From IMG/VR virus record IMGVR_UViG_3300046777_000988, positions 3,869 to 67,868 of that record: a stretch of 64,000 bases of DNA. One strand, 5' to 3'. The first letter of the stretch is position 1. Every line of letters starts with the position of its first letter. Source of the DNA: a virus. Under the pieces are notes generated by a model. It saw nothing but the letters and a program-made list of their open reading frames with translations. It did not search any database and was not told the origin of the DNA. Positions 56,209 through 64,000 of this stretch are shown piece by piece. Position numbers and translations under genes: made by a program.

Positions 56209-57273
56209 ATGACACAAACACTCAAGGGGTCATTCAATACCCCGAAAGGCATGATCACTCGCATGGATTTAGCAGAAATGCTGTCCATTAAGCACAAGAC
56301 TGATGTAAAGACAGCACTCAAACTCATCAAAACCTGCGAGCAGGACGACGAGATCGACGAGGATAGTCCATCAAACCACTTTGAATTGCTTGAAGAAGCC
56401 TGCGCCATTCTTGCATACGACAGAGGCGAGATCGACGCGAAGGAACTAAAGTTCTCCATCGTTAAGGCAGAAGCACAACTCGGCACAGAGCAGAGTATCC
56501 TTGAAGCAGCAATCAATACAGGTATGCACAATGGATATACTGCGCTCGCAGAGAAGTATGATTTTGCGAACCTAACGCAGTTCGTTCCGAAGGCTGGTGT
56601 TATCCCTTGCCCAGAGGATTACGCGGCAGCCATCGGCCTCGGTGTAGATATGTCCAGCAAGGGAATGTGGATCGCTGGTGAGGGCATCCGTCACCTTTAC
56701 GCACTCGGTTTCGAGAATGTCGTCACACAGATCGCCGCATCTCTCAAGCTGTCTTACTCTCATGTGTCCGGCTGGCATCGTGCCGCCCAGCGTGTGCCTC
56801 TCAAGTATCGCAGTGAGATTTCCCCAACCGTAGCAGTCGAGATTGCCTGCTCTAAATACTCTGATGACGAAGCGACCAACAACAAGAAGGTTATCGAGCT
56901 AGTCGAGCAAGCCTGCAAAGAAGGCTGGACTGCCCTAGAAGCTCGCAGTCATGTTCGTATGGAACAAGGCAAGGAGCCTCTTGCAAAGACTCCGAAGGGC
57001 GCGAACTCATGGGTAGGAGACATGGGCGGAACAGACGAACTGCTAATCCTCGCTAGTCAATGGAGCATCGGCGGCGGCGCGGGAGAGCTGGATCAGTACC
57101 ACTTCATCGGGAAACTGGTGAAAATTTTCAGCCGCTTGAAGGTTGAAACGCAATCCACGATCCGCCTTATCATTAACGACCGCATGAAACAGCATCACAA
57201 GTTAGAAGAGTCCGGCCAAGCTGGGCTGTTCGACGAAGACACAATGCAAGACCTACTAAAAATCGCTAAATAA
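56209..57273 (+). CDS. hypothetical protein with possible HTH
   Basis: 354 aa; QIAASLKLSYSHVS. Confidence 0.7.
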   Translation: MTQTLKGSFNTPKGMITRMDLAEMLSIKHKTDVKTALKLIKTCEQDDEIDEDSPSNHFELLEEACAILAYDRGEIDAKELKFSIVKAEAQLGTEQSILEAAINTGMHNGYTALAEKYDFANLTQFVPKAGVIPCPEDYAAAIGLGVDMSSKGMWIAGEGIRHLYALGFENVVTQIAASLKLSYSHVSGWHRAAQRVPLKYRSEISPTVAVEIACSKYSDDEATNNKKVIELVEQACKEGWTALEARSHVRMEQGKEPLAKTPKGANSWVGDMGGTDELLILASQWSIGGGAGELDQYHFIGKLVKIFSRLKVETQSTIRLIINDRMKQHHKLEESGQAGLFDEDTMQDLLKIAK

Positions 57274-57275
57274 TT

Positions 57276-57548
57276 ATGGAACAAGAAAATCAAATCGTAT
57301 CTCTCAAAGAGATCGCAGACGGCATTCAGAAGACAATCGACCTTAACGACAGCAATCTTGAGGACAAGGACGGCACTCCGCTGGGCTTCCAGTTCCCGAA
57401 GCAGATCGTCGAGAAGCTAGACGAGGCTCGCTTTCTTTGTCTCTTGACTGATGCTTACCTAACGACATTCGGTGAGTTCTTTGAAGGTGACATGAGCATT
57501 ACGGCATTCCTTGAGAAGCTGGACAAAGCTAAAGCCGCATTGAAATGA
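57276..57548 (+). CDS. hypothetical protein
   Basis: 90-aa ORF. Confidence 0.7.
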   Translation: MEQENQIVSLKEIADGIQKTIDLNDSNLEDKDGTPLGFQFPKQIVEKLDEARFLCLLTDAYLTTFGEFFEGDMSITAFLEKLDKAKAALK

Positions 57549-57688
57549 AAATCGCGCTCATCCTGTTGGCAGTATTGCTGTCTGGGTGTAGCACAATCCA
57601 GCAAGCGAAGACTGATTTCCGTAACTTCAAGAGGACTATATCATTCAACTTGGATCGACCAGTTGTGTATAAAGACAGCGTATTCTAA
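57545..57688 (+). CDS. small lipoprotein (47 aa)
   Basis: MKIALILLAVLLSGCST lipobox; coupled at both ends. Confidence 0.65.
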   Translation: MKIALILLAVLLSGCSTIQQAKTDFRNFKRTISFNLDRPVVYKDSVF

Positions 57689-58302
57689 TGTTCACGCAGA
57701 ACGCTTCGGTTCCACAGCACATCTACGGATGCGTCCAGAAAGACATTCTGCATGGACTGACAGGCGTGAAGGGTTACGAGCCTTGCGTAATTACAGGCAT
57801 CACCTCTGTTCCGAGCAGAGCGTTTTACTTCTCGATCCTTTGCGAAAGCGGAGCGCAATGGGCAAGGATACCTATTCACTACCTGCATCACGAAAAGCCA
57901 GACCCCGAACGGCAATGGTTCTGGCAGGCGCATGACCTTCAGTTATGGGATGCGATGGGTTGGGAGTTCTCGGTTGTGCAATACAACTACTTCCGAGAGA
58001 TGGCTTGCACATTCAGAACTAGATCAGGCAAGGACATTCCTGCGAGGTATTGGTTTACATTAGATCACACAGACAACGGCTTCTCGCTTTGTCCGAGTCA
58101 GCACAAATGTTATCACATTCTGCTATTAGATGACGGGTCTGGACAGATAGCCGCCATGCCGAACAATCGAATCATTTGGAATGATCCATCATTTTGCCGT
58201 GGAGAGTTGCCGAGATACAAGGTGATGCCGAATAAGACTTGGCATTGCGAGAGATTTGATCTATTAAATCCTCAAGATACAGCCATTACACAAGATGCCT
58301 AA
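57688..58302 (+). CDS. conserved phage protein
   Basis: GA.W.RIPI, LQLWD, FTLD, HK, G.IAA.PNNR..W. Confidence 0.8.
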   Translation: MFTQNASVPQHIYGCVQKDILHGLTGVKGYEPCVITGITSVPSRAFYFSILCESGAQWARIPIHYLHHEKPDPERQWFWQAHDLQLWDAMGWEFSVVQYNYFREMACTFRTRSGKDIPARYWFTLDHTDNGFSLCPSQHKCYHILLLDDGSGQIAAMPNNRIIWNDPSFCRGELPRYKVMPNKTWHCERFDLLNPQDTAITQDA

Positions 58303-58798
58303 ACGAAAGAACGGAGAACTGACAGAAGGGGAGAAGCGTTATTGCATGGAGAGAGTCCGAGGCAAGTCGCTCGCTAAAGCATACGAAGCATCAGGATATG
58401 CCGCGACACACAGCAAGTATGCGGCAATCCGTGGTGCAAAGATCGAGAACAGACCTCATGTCCAGAAATACATGGAGGAGTTGAAAGAATCCGTATGGGT
58501 GCAGAACGCAATGAGCATCGCCGAGAAGCGTTCCCTGCTTGCCGATGTGGCTAGAGCAAAGCCAGCGGACATAACCGAGGAGAGTCCTATTGCAAGTCTG
58601 TCTGTGGATGGAGAGGGAAACCGCAGTCTGCAAGGCCCGAAGGTTGGCGACAAATTGAAGGCAATCGAGTTGGATAGCAGGCTTTCTGGCGAGCTATCTG
58701 GTGATGATTCCAAGAACCAAGTTTTGATTCAGTTAGTCAATGACAGGCTAGAAATACCTAGCCTAGACGCGAAGGAGGTGAATCACATTGAAGAGTAA
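58295..58798 (+). CDS. terS: terminase small subunit
   Basis: LT...KRYC...G...AKAY..SGY...A...P.V..Y..EL; K.KAIEL. Confidence 0.75.
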   Translation: MPKRKNGELTEGEKRYCMERVRGKSLAKAYEASGYAATHSKYAAIRGAKIENRPHVQKYMEELKESVWVQNAMSIAEKRSLLADVARAKPADITEESPIASLSVDGEGNRSLQGPKVGDKLKAIELDSRLSGELSGDDSKNQVLIQLVNDRLEIPSLDAKEVNHIEE

Positions 58799-58937
58799 AG
58801 GTTTGTATGCTGCGATCCACGCCAAGAGGGAACGCATTAAAGCGGGTTCCGGCGAGCGTATGCGTAAGGTTGGAAGCAAAGGCGCCCCAACAGCAAAGGC
58901 ATTTAAGCAATCCGCAAAGACAGCAAAAAAGGGCTAG
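58788..58937 (+). CDS. small basic conserved phage protein (49 aa)
   Basis: KGLYAAIHAKRERIKAGSGERMRK.GSKGAPTAKAFK.SAKTAK; AAGGAGGTG SD before a TTG start. Confidence 0.75.
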   Translation: MKSKGLYAAIHAKRERIKAGSGERMRKVGSKGAPTAKAFKQSAKTAKKG

Positions 58938-58956
58938 GTAATCCTAGCCCCGTTTT
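58925..58956. terminator. bidirectional terminator
   Basis: A-tract, GGGCTAGG-TAAT-CCTAGCCC, T-tract, between convergent genes. Confidence 0.7.
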
Positions 58957-58976
58957 GCAGAGTGTTGTTTTATTGT

Positions 58977-59144
58977 TTAACAAGCATTCGCGTAGTTCCT
59001 CAATAAGCGAATGACTCGTTGCGCTTCCGTGTTCGTGTAGTGCCAGATATTCCCAACTGGCAGACCAACCTGCGTCTTGAGCTTAACGATTAGCTCAAGC
59101 TGGCGTTTCGATGCGGTCTTGCTTTCGGATTCGTGTGAAAACAT
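58977..59144 (-). CDS. hypothetical early protein
   Basis: ATG 59144; ASKRQL..I motif. Confidence 0.5.
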   Translation of the reverse strand: MFSHESESKTASKRQLELIVKLKTQVGLPVGNIWHYTNTEAQRVIRLLRNYANAC

Positions 59145-59292
59145 TGTCTCCTCCTTTCCGTTTGAAGGCCAGCACCCGTCCGTCTTCCGTAAGGATGCAG
59201 CAGTTGTCCTTGATGCGCTCGACTCCGTAAATCTCCGCGAGCGGGAGTGAATCGAATGCACGATTCTCGTATGTTGTAGATAGTATTACCAT
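59095..59292 (-). CDS. hypothetical early protein
   Basis: ACACAC leader. Confidence 0.55.
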   Translation of the reverse strand: MVILSTTYENRAFDSLPLAEIYGVERIKDNCCILTEDGRVLAFKRKGGDNVFTRIRKQDRIETPA

Positions 59293-59310
59293 TTTAGTGT
59301 GTGTTTTAGT

Positions 59311-59583
59311 TTAGAGGCAAATCCTACGGCCCCTGTATCGGAGATTATTGTCTAGGTATGCTTGGTCGCCATCCTCGAAACCAATGTCGTATAGCAACTG
59401 ATCGTCGTTGTATGTGAATGGGTTGCAGTATTCCATGCCATCGTATCCATCGTCGAATCCGCGAATATAAGCAGGGTGGTTGTAATATATTGAGTGACGG
59501 AGTTCGGTTTTGCAGTGTGTTTTCGCGTGGGCAGGAGCGAAGGATAGGACTAATGCGCCTGTAATGATAAGTAGTCTTTTCAT
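59311..59583 (-). CDS. secreted hypothetical protein
   Basis: Signal peptide ...APAHA; Y..GF.DG repeats. Confidence 0.7.
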   Translation of the reverse strand: MKRLLIITGALVLSFAPAHAKTHCKTELRHSIYYNHPAYIRGFDDGYDGMEYCNPFTYNDDQLLYDIGFEDGDQAYLDNNLRYRGRRICL

Positions 59584-59589
59584 GTGTGT

Positions 59590-59760
59590 TTATTCTTTCC
59601 CGATTGCTTTAAGAGCGCGATTCAGAATATCGGCCCGTGTGTCGTTAGGACTGACAACCATTGCGGCTATGTCCTGCAATGCAGTCAGAAGTTGTTTCTC
59701 GCGTGAGTTCACGCCACGCTTGCGTGTGTGTTTTGTCCAGTTGGTTTGTGTTGGTTTCAT
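59590..59760 (-). CDS. hypothetical early protein (56 aa)
   Basis: Manual translation MKPTQTNW...QLLTALQDI...RALKAIGKE. Confidence 0.55.
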   Translation of the reverse strand: MKPTQTNWTKHTRKRGVNSREKQLLTALQDIAAMVVSPNDTRADILNRALKAIGKE

Positions 59761-60386
59761 TTGTTTGATTTTCTGCTAGGCTTAAACTCAAATCCCCACC
59801 AAATCGGATTCTCGTTTTCTTCTTCAAGAGTTTGGCAAACGATTACGGAATTGTAATCTGGAAATGCATCATAGCCTTCTGGGACTTCGCCATCTGGCAG
59901 TCTCCAGTAAAGGTCATCGCCGAGACATTCAAGAGTGCCAGTAAATTTATCTAGGATTCTCCCTCGTTTGGAACAACCCTTGAACTCACGCAAAGTCCAA
60001 GTGCCTTTCGTGTCCTGCGAAGGTTTTTGAATAGGCTTATCCCAATAGATGGTGACAGACCATTTAATAGCGTAGCCTTGAGATACTGATTCTAGGACAC
60101 TAACCTTGGTTTTGAATTTGCGATTACCACAAACTCGTTCAATGCGCCCGGACAGATTCCTGAACCATGTTAGATTGTCAAACTCACCTTCCTTTGGTTC
60201 AATGACTTTTCCGATCCCCCATTGGGCGTTATCGCCAGCAATCAATTTCCATGCCGCTTCTTCTTCTGGAGGTGGAAGGGCGCGTGATCCATTGTAAGGA
60301 TGGAATTTAGTGCGTTTTGAGGTAGCAAATACAGTTGCTCCGCAAATTGCTTCTTCGATGTATATTTGTATGGTTGTTTGTTTCAT
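59757..60386 (-). CDS. hypothetical early protein
   Basis: 209-aa ORF. Confidence 0.7.
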   Translation of the reverse strand: MKQTTIQIYIEEAICGATVFATSKRTKFHPYNGSRALPPPEEEAAWKLIAGDNAQWGIGKVIEPKEGEFDNLTWFRNLSGRIERVCGNRKFKTKVSVLESVSQGYAIKWSVTIYWDKPIQKPSQDTKGTWTLREFKGCSKRGRILDKFTGTLECLGDDLYWRLPDGEVPEGYDAFPDYNSVIVCQTLEEENENPIWWGFEFKPSRKSNK

Positions 60387-60529
60387 TGTGTTTTTTTCGA
60401 TGGGTTTGGTTGAGTTTTAGGATAAACCGAAGAACGGAACTTCGGCACATTGTTTTCGCAGGTTTTTGCGATTTTAATGTATGCCTCTGGAGGGAGACAG
60501 GTTGGGTATGTTTTCTCTACTGCGTTCAT
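60383..60529 (-). CDS. hypothetical early protein (48 aa)
   Basis: Manual translation; ATGA coupling. Confidence 0.5.
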   Translation of the reverse strand: MNAVEKTYPTCLPPEAYIKIAKTCENNVPKFRSSVYPKTQPNPSKKTQ

Positions 60530-60552
60530 TGTGTTGGTTTATGGTTTATGGT

Positions 60553-60726
60553 TTATCGTTTAACAATACTGACTGACATTCTCGCGTGATGCCGTGCGAT
60601 ACGGATTGCATTGCACAGAGCTTTTGCGCGGGGAATGGTGATTCGGATTTCATCTAGGTTGTGGCGTTTTGAGTTTTTAACCTCATAAGCCATTAGATCG
60701 TGGATTTCGTTTAGTAATGTGTTCAT
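60553..60726 (-). CDS. hypothetical early protein (57 aa)
   Basis: Manual translation MNTLLNEIHDL...SIVKR. Confidence 0.55.
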   Translation of the reverse strand: MNTLLNEIHDLMAYEVKNSKRHNLDEIRITIPRAKALCNAIRIARHHARMSVSIVKR

Positions 60727-60866
60727 TTCACAACCTCCTCGAAATCAAAAGCGACAACATCCCCGTATTTGACGCATTCGTTCATATATTCCAGTAGTTT
60801 ATCGTATGCTTCCTCCTCGGAATTAGCTTCGATTTCATCGTTGAATGTTATTTTGTATGTTTTCAT
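60723..60866 (-). CDS. hypothetical early protein (47 aa)
   Basis: MKTYKITF..EIEANSEEEA. Confidence 0.65.
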   Translation of the reverse strand: MKTYKITFNDEIEANSEEEAYDKLLEYMNECVKYGDVVAFDFEEVVK

Positions 60867-60876
60867 GTGTGTGCTT

Positions 60877-61020
60877 CTATTTTTTTGTGTGTTGTGTTTC
60901 TGATTTAAACAAGCGGATTGCCTGCTTTTTCGTATATCCGAAATACTGGCGGGAGATTAAATACCCTTCGATTATATCGGAAATCTCTATTGCGCCTTGG
61001 AATGTTGTGCGAATGCTCAT
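60877..61020 (-). CDS. hypothetical early protein (47 aa)
   Basis: GA..ISDII.GYL....YFGYTKKQAI..F. Confidence 0.65.
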   Translation of the reverse strand: MSIRTTFQGAIEISDIIEGYLISRQYFGYTKKQAIRLFKSETQHTKK

Positions 61021-61337
61021 TTTTCCCCCTTTGCTTTGCGGATTGCTTCACGGGCTTTTGCAATCGCTTCGCAATTTTGCAAACCTTCGTGTGTTGCGGA
61101 CTGATCTAGTTTTTCGGCACGAGAAAGCAATTTTTCGAGTGTTGAAAGCAATTCAGGCGCGGCGGTTATAAGGTTCATAGTTGCAAAAGATTTCGGCTTG
61201 CAATCCCAAGCAAAAGCAACCCTGTATCCTTCAAGGGAGTTTACTTCAAGATAATCAAAATCTTTAGGAGTTCCATCATGCCAGCGTGATATGCGATTAA
61301 TTGCCCAAGGGGCGGGAGCGTGGAGTGTTGTTTTCAT
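61017..61337 (-). CDS. conserved phage early protein
   Basis: H.P.PW...LI.AAPELL..L...AR.AI.KAKG. Confidence 0.8.
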   Translation of the reverse strand: MKTTLHAPAPWAINRISRWHDGTPKDFDYLEVNSLEGYRVAFAWDCKPKSFATMNLITAAPELLSTLEKLLSRAEKLDQSATHEGLQNCEAIAKAREAIRKAKGEK

Positions 61338-61534
61338 TTTTCGGTGTGTTGTGTTTGTGTTTTTAGTTGCTGAATCTGATTTTCTATCTCTCGGCCTTTT
61401 GCGATTAACTCACGGGCTTTTTCGAGTGTTAGGTTGTGGTATCGGGCAAAGCATTCCGTAGTGAGGAAATCATTGAACCAGATTCGATATGCTGTGTGTT
61501 CGTTCATATCTGTGTTGTGTGTTAATTTTTCCAA
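61334..61534 (-). CDS. hypothetical early protein
   Basis: Y..W.NDFLT.E.FA......A..LI..GR. Confidence 0.7.
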   Translation of the reverse strand: MEKLTHNTDMNEHTAYRIWFNDFLTTECFARYHNLTLEKARELIAKGREIENQIQQLKTQTQHTEK

Positions 61535-61803
61535 GAATATCCGCCGATAATCCGCGCTCCGTATTTTCTGCGGGAAATGTTATTGCGCGGGATAATATGC
61601 AGAGCCGTGCTTTCGATTATTTCACCGGGTAGATATGCGCCGCGCCTTGCGGTTATTTTGGCCTGAATTTTGCAACCGCTAGTTTTTCCGGCGTATTTTT
61701 CATTCATTCCGAAATCATCCTTTATCTCAATAACCTTGCAAGGAATCAATCCCGCGAAGGAATCGAAAAAAGCTAGTGTGCCGATCGTGTTTTCGTTTTT
61801 CAT
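61522..61803 (-). CDS. hypothetical early protein
   Basis: DSFAGLIPCKV; ACACAC leader. Confidence 0.7.
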   Translation of the reverse strand: MKNENTIGTLAFFDSFAGLIPCKVIEIKDDFGMNEKYAGKTSGCKIQAKITARRGAYLPGEIIESTALHIIPRNNISRRKYGARIIGGYSWKN

Positions 61804-61812
61804 GTGTGTTTT

Positions 61813-61995
61813 CTAGTGTGTTGTTTTTCCGGTGAATTTCGCCATATTCAAATTGAAATCGACATCCACATACCCGAGTTCCTTTAGTTTTTTAATCGCA
61901 TAAAATGTGGGACGATGTGTTTTTTTGTATGTGTGCCATTGTCCAGAATGTTTTGCATAAAAGGCCAGCGTTGCCAGCGTTGAGTTTGTTTTCAT
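61813..61995 (-). CDS. hypothetical early protein
   Basis: Long (ACACA)n leader. Confidence 0.6.
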   Translation of the reverse strand: MKTNSTLATLAFYAKHSGQWHTYKKTHRPTFYAIKKLKELGYVDVDFNLNMAKFTGKTTH

Positions 61996-62098
61996 GTGGT
62001 TTGTGTTGTGTATTGTGTTGTGTTGTGTTGTGTGTTTATCGGTTCGGCTTTGTGCCGCTCCATGCCGCGCACCTGTTAAGATGCGCGGAGTTGGAACA

Positions 62099-62419
62099 TC
62101 ACAGAGTGTCGAGAGCCTTTTGCAAATCCATTTTGAGAATGTTTCGGATCAAGTCAGAATTTTTCCGTGCGTCTTTTCTAATGCGCTCCGCTTGTTCCTC
62201 CGCATCTTTTAGGATTCTTGCCGCTTGTTCCTTTGCAAGGGTAAGGGTGTTTTGCTCCATTTTTCGCGTGTCTGCCCATCCCATTTGCGGGAGTAAATCA
62301 GAGCGCATATCGGATTCAATAAATGGGAGCTGGTCAATTAACCAGTCGCCACAATAGGAATTCGGGCCGAGTTTTTCCGCACATTCGCGGAGTGTTTCGA
62401 TTTCTTGGGATTTTGTCAT
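62099..62419 (-). CDS. hypothetical early protein
   Basis: ATG 62419 preferred; coiled-coil C-terminus. Confidence 0.7.
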   Translation of the reverse strand: MTKSQEIETLRECAEKLGPNSYCGDWLIDQLPFIESDMRSDLLPQMGWADTRKMEQNTLTLAKEQAARILKDAEEQAERIRKDARKNSDLIRNILKMDLQKALDTL

Positions 62420-62522
62420 ATGATTTGAAAGGTTAAGATGGTGAGAATTATTGTTAAAAATAGCAGGCGAATAAAAAATGAGTCTTTTGCTTTTTCGTAT
62501 TGCAAGCGGGATTTCAATTTGT

Positions 62523-63209
62523 TCATGCTGTTGCAATAGCCTCCGCTTTGCGTTTACTTGTTCCGTGCGCGCGGAATCCAATAATGACAGATCGATTTGC
62601 GCGGGAACATAGTTGGCAATCGGCACAAGTGATATCGTCCCTTTGCTGTGCGGGGCAAACGATACCCTTCCGGCCTTGCGGAGTGTAAAAAGTATCGGGA
62701 GTATTTTCCGGCACAACCGCGACAACCGGGCCTGCATTCAAACCGGCAAGGCGGTCGGCGTGGGTGATGGAATTTCCCGATAGGTTAATAGTAAACCCGT
62801 TTGCGTTTGCGTGTGCCACGGCGGCCCGATTGGATTTTTCCATGAGTGAATCCCCTTCGCAAGGTTTGTGCGTATAGGTAAATCCACGGCGGCCCGTGTT
62901 TGCGCTCACTAGCTTGGCAAGGTCTGCCGTGTCTATATTGTCGCCAAGGCCGGGAAGGTCTCCCGCTTGATTGTGCCGCCAAACCTGTCCAACCGGAAAA
63001 GCCTTGATTTGATTTGACAGCATTTCGATTGAATCGCCGCGCTTGCCAAGGGTGACGGCTTGCCAATGGATAGCCAATGGCCCGCCCTTCGCGTAACAAC
63101 CGCCCGATTTAAAGGGGCAAGCATTTGGGCAAGTTTCGGCTGATGATGTAGTCACAGGGATCGGCCCCGTTTTGACATTGGATGATTTTAGAGTCAGGTG
63201 AATGTTCAT
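62523..63209 (-). CDS. Cys-motif (radical-SAM/Gp88-like) phage protein
   Basis: SSN.KTG.IP...TCPNACP....CYA, WRHNQAGD, FTYTH, CPAQ...TC..CQLC, GF.AHG. Confidence 0.75.
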   Translation of the reverse strand: MNIHLTLKSSNVKTGPIPVTTSSAETCPNACPFKSGGCYAKGGPLAIHWQAVTLGKRGDSIEMLSNQIKAFPVGQVWRHNQAGDLPGLGDNIDTADLAKLVSANTGRRGFTYTHKPCEGDSLMEKSNRAAVAHANANGFTINLSGNSITHADRLAGLNAGPVVAVVPENTPDTFYTPQGRKGIVCPAQQRDDITCADCQLCSRANRSVIIGFRAHGTSKRKAEAIATA

Positions 63210-63256
63210 GTTTTGGTTTAGGTTTTTCGCGGGTTAATTCCCGCACATTTAGACAT

Positions 63257-63326
63257 AGCAACCCCCGTGCCAACTCCCGCGCACCCCACAAATGGCCCGA
63301 AAACCTGCACAGCATTTTTCATGCCA
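63257..63326 (-). promoter_or_regulatory. tandem sigma54-type (-24/-12) promoters
   Basis: TGGCACGGGGGTTGCT (63257-63272) and TGGCATGAAAAATGCT (63311-63326), both with exact GG-N10-GC spacing. Confidence 0.65.
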
Positions 63327-63871
63327 TGGGAAGATTTTGCCGCTTTTAGGGAAAAGATTGCCTAGTGCTAGGCAAGGTTTGCCGATAGCATGGAGGGAAA
63401 CGATAGCATACTAGCTAGGCAAGTAAGGGAAGCAATCAAGACAGCAACGCAAGACTAGGCAAGACACGCAAGACATGAGAAGCGGGAGGCCAAACACCTC
63501 CCGCTTTTTCTTGCGGATGTTTGTTCATTTATTTCTGAACAAAATGAAATGATGGAAGGGGAAAGGTAGTGGTAGGGCATGGAATAGCAGGCGAGCCACA
63601 GCGCAAGACTGGCAACGCATTTCCCCGCCCTATAAAAGCACGGCATTCCCTCCCGCATCATTCCCCTTGCCAGCTAATCAAACGCATTCCTGTGCCAACC
63701 TCGCGCAATTTACTTGCAAGCCATTTGCAACAATGGCCTGCATTCCACTATCCTCTAGTGGTCTTATATGAAGTTACTTTGATTATCAATCACTTGCACA
63801 AGCTGTCACGCTATGTCATGCGTATGCCTTGCGCTAGTCTCAACAGGGCGGGGCAGAGCAGGCCGTGAGCT

Positions 63872-63929
63872 GGTAGGTAGGTAGGCAGGCATGACGGACG
63901 GATGGATGGACGGATGGATGGACGGACGG
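63872..63929 (+). repeat. degenerate tetranucleotide tandem repeat (GGTA/GGCA/GGAY)n
   Basis: ggta ggta ggta ggca ggca tgac ggac ggat ggat ggac ggat ggat ggac ggac gga. Confidence 0.8.
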
Positions 63930-64000
63930 AGCGCACACTATACAAGGCACGGCGGTAGGGAGGGGGCATGGCAGGCCGTGAGCCGTGGGGCGGGTAGGCT

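Noticed and set aside
63683-63697. Third sigma54 site (TGGCACAGGAATGC, minus strand)
   Set aside because: GG-GC spacing is one base short of the rigid requirement.
63109-63868. Short ORFs in the right-end region
   Set aside because: No phage-like codon usage or initiation context; they overlap regulatory repeats.

Overview
The window is most of a dsDNA tailed-phage genome, probably podovirus-like: it has ejection-type giant proteins and no tape-measure or sheath gene. It is open at the left end, mid-gene. Modules in order: a DNA-modification/replication block (TAGT/GREB1-like glycosyltransferase, DnaB, dCMP deaminase, HNH); a long virion module (tail and ejection proteins, an inverted terminase large subunit, portal, scaffold, major capsid, three Gly-X-Thr collagen-like fibres, a PATR-repeat adhesin); lysis; nucleotide metabolism, recombination and replication (phosphoesterase, RuvC-like, MazG-like, initiator with iterons, exonuclease, ERF, TerS); and a minus-strand early region. 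No integrase, DNA polymerase, tRNA, CRISPR array or reverse transcriptase was seen. PATR repeats and mostly SD-less starts suggest a PVC (Verrucomicrobia-like) host, which is an inference. Main highlights: (1) four glycosyltransferase-like genes and a methyltransferase inside the virion module, alongside Thr-rich collagen fibres, as a candidate virion-glycosylation system; (2) a small basic gene nested in the +1 frame of the 2193-aa giant gene; (3) about 17 copies of the palindrome ATTGTTNAACAAT, concentrated at gene boundaries; (4) a GIY-YIG endonuclease that appears to have replaced the 5' end of erf; (5) tandem sigma54-type promoters in front of the early region; (6) two c4/CI-like structured RNA leaders. 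All family assignments come from reading motifs by eye, not from database searches.
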